64,000 nucleotides of DNA from Octopus vulgaris (taxonomy: Eukaryota): positions 95,232,001 to 95,296,000 of the forward strand of contig OX597814.1 in assembly GCA_951406725.2 (NCBI GenBank). The letters run 5' to 3'. Positions 55,641-64,000 of this stretch are shown piece by piece (position 1 is the first letter of the stretch; each line of letters opens with the position of its first letter). The position numbers were made by a program, and so were the translations under genes. The notes under the pieces were generated by a model that was given only the letters and a program-made list of their open reading frames with translations, was not told the origin of the DNA and made no database searches.

Positions 55641-56010
55641 ATAAGCCCTGGGATCTTTTCGGTTTGAACGGCAGTTTGTAACATAATTTCTAGGTAACTA
55701 AAAAATGTTAAACTTCATATACTGGTAGAATGTGTTTATAAAACATCATTTTCTCTTGGCTTTATTGAGAAAATTCTATAGTTTGTAACATATTTCGTCT
55801 TTAATTTCTTGCATTTCGGCAATTTTAACCAATCGATTACCTCCATTGACATAAACAACATTCCGTGCTGTATGAATATGTCCCTCGTTTAAGAAACAGA
55901 TTGAGTTTATTTACATTTGTGAAGAAAAAAAGATACCCTTCCCCCACCCCTAACCCTAACCCTAAATCTAAAATAGATTGAAATGCAATAGATCGATACT
56001 AGGGTTATAA
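55641..56010. mobile_element. Non-autonomous DNA element containing CCCTAA repeats
   Basis: Ends ataagccctggg / ctagggttat, with internal (CCCTAA)3 at ~55948-55965. Confidence 0.45.
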
Positions 56011-57000
56011 GTCATATGCCCTTCCTTTCTCCTCTGACAAAGCAATTAAAACCTAAACCAAAAGTAGTCCCTAAAGTAGAAGAACACTAGACTGGAATTT
56101 TTCCTCACTAGGCTGCTCCCTACTTAAAATAACAATACCCCAGTTATCAAGTGTTTTTAGACAGTTCTTATTAGGGCTTCATATAACTTATTCTTCTTTG
56201 CTTTGACCAGTTCTCCTTGGAAATGAATTTGTTGAGATTTGGTGGTATTTGTGTTCTTTTATCAACCACCCCATCATAATTATGATATCATAATAGCCCA
56301 TAATAATAAAAGTGGAGCTGTTAAATCTATTATGCAATGTATCTACTTAACACTTTAGTTGTATTATACAACCCATCCTGTTATCTACAAAGGACATTCC
56401 TTCTATTTAAAAATACTTATGCTTACGCTCCTTCCCTCTGATCACTTGGGCCATGATTCTGCCTCACTCTCAGCACATTACAAATCTTGCTATAACTGAT
56501 TACATCCACATTCCAAGCTACCATAATTAATACTGTGTTTTATCTACAAAGCATAATTTCATAGCAAGATTAAATCATCATTACCATTTAACCATCTGTT
56601 TTCTACGCCAGTATGGGTTGGACAGTTTGATAGGAACTGGAAAGTAAGAAGACTGTACCAAGCTCCACTGTCTGCTTCAGAATAGTTTCTATGGTTGGAT
56701 ACCCTTCCAAATGCCTATTTCTTTACTACCCACAAGGGGCTAAACACAGAGAGGACAAACAAGGACAGACAAATGGATTAAGTCGATTATATCGACCCCA
56801 GTATGTAATTGGTACTTATTTAATCGACCCTGAAAGGATGAAAGGCAAAGTTGACCTCGGCGGAATTTGAACTCAGAATGTAGCGGCAGACGAAATACCG
56901 CTAAGCATTTCACCCAGCATGCTAACGTTTCTGCCAACTACTTTACAGAGTATACTGAATGCTTTTTATGTGGCACCAGAACTATCAAGTAATTTCAAGT

Positions 57001-57382
57001 GGAAGCACTCTGTCGGTTACGACGACGAGGGTTCCGGTTGATCCGATCAACGGAACAGCCTGCTCATGAAATTAACGTGTAAGTGGCTGAGCACTCCACA
57101 GACACGTGTACCCTTAATGTAGTTCTCGGAGATATTCAGCGTGACACAGAGAGTGACAAGGCTGGCCCTTTGAAATACAGGTACAACAGAAACAGGAAGT
57201 AAGAGTGAGAGAAAGTTGTGGTGAAAGAGTACAGCAGGGATCACCACCATCCCTGCTGGAGCCTCGTAGAACTTTAGGTGTTTTCGCTCAATAAACACTC
57301 ACAACGCCCGGTCTGGGAATCGAAACCACGATCCTACGACCGCAAGTCCGCTGCCCTAACCACTGGGCCATTGCTCCTCCAC
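57001..57382 (-). mobile_element. Family A SINE with an 11-bp TSD
   Basis: taatttcaagt at 56990-57000 and 57383-57393, with a tRNA-like head at the right end. Confidence 0.88.
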
Positions 57383-57570
57383 TAATTTCAAGTAATTTCA
57401 ATTGGAAAGAGGAGTAGTATTGAGGGAGGTAGCTTTGTATCAGGTGATGAGAGATTAAAGAATGATAGGGGACAGAAACAGGTGTCTTGCAGTAAAGGAG
57501 ATAAATGGCTACGCTTCACAAATAAAAATGACTCTCTATAGATATTTACTCATAACACACATTGTATTGG

Positions 57571-57821
57571 TAAAAGTAAGTAAAGTTTCCTTCTCAAGTC
57601 ATGCTGATTCATAAGGGCTGGTTTCCATGGTGTATATATTCCCCACCTGGATGGGACGCCAGTCCATTGCAGGATTACTCATTTTTGCCAGGTGAGTGGA
57701 CTGGAGCAATGTGAAATGAAATGTTTTGCTCAAAAATACAATACGCCATGCAGTCCAGGAATTGAAACCACAATCTTACAATCATGAGTCCAACATCCTA
57801 ACCACTAAGTCACATGTCTCC
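57571..57821 (-). mobile_element. SINE with a 16-bp TSD
   Basis: acacacattgtattgg at 57555-57570 and 57822-57837. Related copy at ~16090-16295. Confidence 0.85.
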
Positions 57822-58042
57822 ACACACATTGTATTGGAACTAAAGCAAAAGTAAGGCCATCAACTTTGTAACATTATGGAAGTGGGCAGAGAAAAAGTTA
57901 TGAATTTTGCTTTGTAATGATGTGGTTTTGGGTTCAAGTCCACAGCATAACACCATAACCAAGGGTCTTCTACCATAACACTGAGCTGAACAACATCTTG
58001 TAAGTGGAATTTGATGGACAGAAATTGTAAGAAAACCTGTTA

Positions 58043-58108
<66 letters not shown>

Positions 58109-58746
58109 CACGCGTGCGTGTGTGTATGTGTGTTTGAGTGAGTGGGTAATCATTTGTTCATTTAACTAACATCCGTTACTCAACGCTTGCTTGAGCTGAG
58201 CTGGTAACATATTTGAAGCAACATTTTACGGCCTGATGTAATGTTTACACTCCCCGTTGACATTATGACCACCTACTGGCCTTCAATTGCATAGAGTGGG
58301 TGGTCATAATGTCAACAGGGAGCGTAAACTTAACATCATGGTTTCGCTCAGATGGTGATTAGTGAAGCTATGGAATGTCAACAGTTGCACGCATATGCAC
58401 ACGCACACACACATACACACACATCATTTAATGTAACAGAGAATTTAAAAGAGAGCTACTAATAGTTCCATGCTGTAGAGATACAATAATTTGGCAGATT
58501 TATTTAGCATGCCATATGTCTCCAAGCAATCCTTCAGGCTCAGTAGATGTTGTTAGTCCTATTTAAAAACCAGGACACTGGTCTAGGAGAAAACATGAGA
58601 AAACTCAAGAAGAAAAATGAGAAGGAGGTTGATGCAAAAAGTGGAATGAGAAGAAAGAAAAGTAAGAAAACTGAGCCCTGCCTCCACTTTGTCTGTAGAA
58701 ATCATAATTAATCTAGTGTAGTATAATATAACGGAAGTCATTTATA

Positions 58747-58785
<39 letters not shown>

Positions 58786-59424
58786 CTAGCAATTGTAGGT
58801 GCTATTTTGCACCCTTATTAATGTATTCTACCTTTTTGGCTTTTAATTGCTTTAGCCACCTATATTATAATGTATTTAATATATATCTCACACACACACA
58901 CACACACACACACAAATCCATACACACACACACAGAGTAAGAAAAGCAAAACTGAAACTGTTATGAGATTTGCTGGTTTGTGGGGACAAAAAAATAATGC
59001 TAATGAGAAAATATTTTGAGTTATTGTTTTGTGGGTGTGGTACCATAAGCTATATTAGCTGAAGGTAGGTCAGTTGTGTTAAAGGAAACCAATTTATCTT
59101 AAAATTTAAAGTTTAAAAATAAAGAAAGAAAATAAAACTCATATGGAAGGTGTGTGGTGACAAGTGATGAATATGTAAACTCAAGAACTGATCAAAATCA
59201 CTTAGTCCCTTTTTTATTCAAACAAAGGAAGGGGAACAACAGAAACTATTTTACATTTTAAATGGCAGACATTCTTTGGGTGTTGTATTCGAAATTACCT
59301 TCAAATTTTATGAAATACCACAAATGTCAACATCAGATTCCACTATGAAACAATTTGTCATCAACTTTTTTCGTTTTTACTAGAGAATATTAGGGAACTG
59401 CTTTGCTGAAGTTTTAAAGATTAA

Positions 59425-59645
59425 CCCTTTAGTGTTTAAACCGGCCACATCCGGCCCAATATATTCTACATGTTTTATATTCAAACTGGCGATATCCAGC
59501 CTCTCACACCTAACCTACAGTGACATTCTAAAAATAAACATTCACATCATTGAAACCTCAAAACTATAAGATAATGCATGAGTAATTCAAAACAATTTGA
59601 GTGAAAAAGTATTACATTTAACAGAGTAATCTGAACACTAAAGGG
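59425..59645. mobile_element. piggyBac-type MITE
   Basis: TTAA on both sides. TIRs ccctttagtgtt / aacactaaaggg. Confidence 0.88.
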
Positions 59646-61716
59646 TTAAAGCAAGATTAGAAGCTATTACTAAAATTTTTAAATATTTGGAAGTTGCTTG
59701 TATATATAAAGAGAGCAGCAATATCAAGAATAGACCAAATTAATACAATAGATAAATCATGATGGTGTAATATTAACAGGAAAATCTAATAATAAATAAT
59801 TCTAAAATTAATGGATTTTTGCATCCAAATATTTTATTAAAGATTCTGCTTTAATTAAAGACCTAAAAGTAGCTTAGAGAGCAATCAAATATTTAAGTGC
59901 TTATTACCACAAATAAAAAAATAAAAATTGAAATGTAACTGAGCGAATCACGCATACCACCAGAAGAATGTAAAATAGTCTAAAAGCTGTAACAGACAGA
60001 CAAGATGAAGAAAATCAAACAACAAAAAATATACCAATTAAGGATAAATTTATGAATGAATTAGCTGCTATTTAAACTCTAAAATAAACTAGAGCTATAA
60101 CATTCAGGAAGAACATATTGGTCTGTCAACTGAGGGTCATGATTTTGAAATAGTTGAACCTGGTTCAGCTTCATTGTTTATGTATCAGTAATTATTGATT
60201 AAAATTTGAAATCACAAAGAAAGACAATACCAAGGAAATAAGTGATGTTCCAGCTTTGGCAAAAAAACTTAATAAAAGTTGTAACTAATTTGGGGTTGAT
60301 GAGCATTGATTTCTGTCTTTTAAAGAAGGGTTCTGTTAAAAATGTCAGAAAGCTGGTTCCTTCAGAAGTTGAAGACATTAAGTTCTCTTGAAGGTTTGTA
60401 AGCTCAAAACTAGTTTAGACAGACTGCTTGTATATATGCCCCCTTTATATTCCTATATAGAATTAATTTGTGTTAATTTTATTGTACAGGAAAATATAAA
60501 CTGAGAAATAATTTTTAACTATTACTTGGTTTTGAAAATCTGCAATATCCCACAAGGTCTCTCAGACTGATGAAGTTCATGTGGGTGTTGGTCAGTACAG
60601 TGTGGGATTTAGCTGGCAAGAGATTAAATGAAAAAAGAGACAAAGATAGGAAAATATATCAAATGACACAAAGCTTGCTAATTCAGAGGCTACGAATTGT
60701 TGTAGTAACCAAAGAAGAGACAAAGAGAAAACAGTGTCAGTTGATAACTGAATGTTTTCTAAACAGCTTGATTATTGCCTTTTGGGGGATGTGGTCTAGT
60801 ATGTTTGTACATATAGCAGCTGTACCATCACAGATTTGTGAATAATACTCTGTGAGCTGGAATTGTGATTTAGGCAAAACGTATTTTCTGGCCCTAAAGA
60901 ATAAATGTAACCTTTAGAATGAAGTTTTGATAATGTAGTAGGTGTGTTACCACTACAAAAGATCACCAAAGATTACGAGACCTAGCATTTGTAGTTAGTT
61001 TGAGAATTTCAGCTGGATGCTCCCTATGAGTAGAAACTGGTTTTAATGATATTTATAGTGAATATATCTTGGTACTATTGGGATTACAATCAGCCCAACT
61101 TGAAAAATTATAGGTTTGATTACCAGACAAAAAAAATATAATTTCACACATCAGATCTATACCACTAGTCCCATTTTTTTTTTTCACTTGAGTAAAAAGG
61201 GGGAGAAGGGAATAACAGAAACTGGTTTACATTGTTTTAAATGGCAAGCATTCCTAGGGTGTTGTATTCAAAATTACCTTCAAATTCTGTGAAATACCGC
61301 AAATGTCAACATTGGATTCCATTATGAAACAATTTGTCATTTGTCTCATTTACTGCTTTTAGTCTTTACTTAAGAATATTAGGGAACCACTTCAGCAAAA
61401 TCTTAAAGATTAGGTTAAGACAAGAAGATATTGCTAAAATTTTAAATATCTGAAGTAACATACATATTTTGAGAGAATACTCCTTTCTACTATAGGCACA
61501 AGGAATGGTCGATTACATCAACCCCAGTATTCAACTGGTACTTATTTCATTGACCCCCCCAAAAGGATGAAAGGCAAAGTCAACCTCAGTGGAATTTGAA
61601 CTCAGAACATAGTGACAGACCAAATCAATACAATCAATACATATTGATGATGAGATGTCAGCAAGAAAACAGGTTCTAAAATGAATGGATTTTTGTATCC
61701 AAACTTTTTTTATTAA

Positions 61717-62154
61717 CCTCTTTAATACAAACCCAACCAAGACCATCCCTGCTTCTATGACTAAAAGGTGTCTGTTTTAAAGAGATCTAAATTCAAGCCT
61801 TCCATCAAAATTTAATGTTAAATAATATTCTAAACATCAGCTTAATAATGACAGGTGAGCTTGGCAGAATCGTTAGCAGGCCGGGCGAAATGCTTAGCGG
61901 TATTTCGTCTTCTGTTACGTTCCGAGTTCAAATTCCGCCATGGTCGACTTTGCCTTTCGGGGTTGATCAAGTAAGTACCAGTTACACACTGGGGTTGATG
62001 TAATCGACTTAATCCCTTTGTCTGTCCTTGTTTGTCCCTTCTATGTTTAGCCCCCTGTGGGCAATAAAGAAATAAATATCATTTTACTAAATTATTCATT
62101 ATTTTGAAAATTACATGGCAGTGTATTTCAACAAAAATTTGGTAACATAAAAGG
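61717..62154. mobile_element. TTAA-flanked (piggyBac-like) MITE with a nested family B SINE
   Basis: ttaa|cctc...aagg|ttaa. The paralogous position in the duplicated block has a single TTAA (59837-59840). Confidence 0.75.
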
Positions 62155-63381
62155 TTAAAGGTTCTATTCTAATTGGAGACAGCATGGAAAGTGGACGTTA
62201 AACGATGATGATGATGATGATGATAAATTAGTAGCTTAGACAGTAACCAAATATTAGACATTTTATCACTTCAAATAACTTGAAATGGAACTGAGCTAAT
62301 CACACAGAACACCAGAAGACTGCAAAACTGTCAAAAGATGCAAGAGGATAGACACAGATACACATACAAGAAAATCTTAAGTCATAGGCAAAAAAATGTG
62401 TCAATTTAATTACAAAGATATGAAGAGCTGTTGTTTACATTCTAAAATAAATTAGACCAATAACATATAGAAAGAACATAATGATCTGATTATTGAGAGA
62501 TCGTAATTTTGATATAGAAGTCTGATTCAGCTTCACTATTTATATATCAGTCAATCCTAAAGTTGAATTCACATAACAATACAAAAATTAAATTCAAGAA
62601 AACTGCTGCTGCTGCTGCTGTTTGTAGTAGCAGTAGTAGTGGTGGTGATGGTGGTGTCAGCGGCGGCGGCAGTGGTGGTGGTAGCAGTAGTGGTAGTGAT
62701 GGTGGTGGTGGTTATGTTGGTACTGCAACAGCTGATAATGATGATGATGGTGGTGATGATGATGATGATGATGACAAGAATCATAATGTGAACTATGATT
62801 ACTAAAATCACCTTAATAATTAATCATCATCATAATAATTAAAGCTGCTAGTCTAAAGCAACAAAATGTCAGTGAGCGTTACTTATTGAAAAAAAACAGG
62901 GGGCAAAAAAAACAAACTAACAACATAATCCTAGACCATCCCCACTTAATCAACTGTTATCTTCAGAAAAAGAAATGATAGGAATAACAGTCTCGACTCT
63001 ATAGCCCCTGCTTTCATTCTTTGAAACAATTCATGCATAAATAATGCAATATGAAATAAAAATGTACATAAATCACATTGACAACTCATAATTAACTGAT
63101 AAAGGATGTGATGGTCCTTAAGTACAAGTCAGGTGGGGTGGGGAGTTCTGTTTATTTATTCTGTATATTGTGAAAGTAATAGAAACATTACATCAGAAGT
63201 GTAACCTCAGACATCTAAAATGATTCCTTTCAACTAAACACAGGCTTAAATTTCGAAAACGGGGTCATATCATATTACTGGCTGTGTGGTACCTTGGGTA
63301 GGTGTCTTCTACTAGAACACCCTGGACCAAACAATACTTTGTGAGTGAATTTCGTAGACAGAAACTGTGTGGAACCCCCTA

Positions 63382-63442
<61 letters not shown>

Positions 63443-63602
63443 CCGTCGTCATCATCATCATCATCATCGTTTAACGTCCGCTTTCCATGCTAACATGGGT
63501 TGGACGGTTTGACTGAGGGCTGGAAAACCAGATGGCTACACCAGGCTCCACTCTTGATCTGGCAGAGTTTCTACAGCTGGATGCCCTTCCTAACTCCAAC
63601 GA

Positions 63603-63649
<47 letters not shown>

Positions 63650-64000
63650 ATGTATGTATATTATTCATTATATATACAGTTTACACTGTATATATAATGA
63701 ATAATATATAGTCTATTGACTATATATAACGAGGAAGCAAAAGAGGAAGAGGAACATGAAGACAGAGGTCATGAAAGCTTATCACAGGAGGTTGAACATC
63801 ATGGAGGAAATGAACAGTTGTAACAATTTGAGTAGTACTGGACTAATAAAGAACCATCTAAACCAGCAGTTCTCAACTATGGTCCATATGATCCTCAGGG
63901 CACTATACGACCCTTAGGGGTCTATATTAAATTTTGTTGTTAAAATTCCTGTTCAATAAATTCCTCGTACTTCTATAATAATAAAAAAAAAATTTGATTT

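Larger units (their letters stand above)
59230..62552 (+). repeat. Old direct duplication: ~59230-60190 and ~61207-62552
   Basis: Collinear diverged blocks (e.g. gggtgttgtattc.aaattaccttcaaatt...atgaaacaatttgtcat; gtagcttaga; aactgagc.aatcac; ttcagcttca...tatcagt) carrying different insertions. Confidence 0.85.

Noticed and set aside
61278-61340. Minus-strand MTNCFIMESNVDICGISQNLK|gtaatt as the upstream PGS1 exon
   Set aside because: Phase-compatible, but it lacks the expected PGS1 motif (vL..P.eFy..l) and the paralogous copy has an in-frame stop.

Overview
AT-rich, repeat-saturated animal genomic DNA. The SINE families and (TA)n/(CA)n/(GA)n/(ATC)n microsatellite load look like a coleoid cephalopod, most likely Octopus (inference). 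Almost all ORFs in the track are microsatellite or repeat artefacts. The only host coding sequence found is two minus-strand exons of PGS1 (mitochondrial phosphatidylglycerophosphate synthase, PLD superfamily) at 50378-50455 and 48206-48492. Its other exons were not found, so the window is probably mostly very large PGS1 introns. The rest is mobile DNA: many tRNA-headed SINEs, fragments of CR1, RTE and R4/Dong LINEs, a decayed Helitron, a decayed Tc1/mariner, hAT- and piggyBac-type MITEs, a TRIM mini-LTR element and Penelope-like repeats. Most notable: (i) two hammerhead-ribozyme folds (27613-27701 minus, 1047-1107 plus) plus decayed ones; (ii) a decayed, inverted copy of a downstream PGS1 exon (55072-55243), probably within PGS1's own intron; (iii) many fold-back inverted duplications from 24 bp to about 650 bp; (iv) an old ~1 kb tandem duplication with reciprocal filled and empty TTAA sites. 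All identities are by eye, with no database search.
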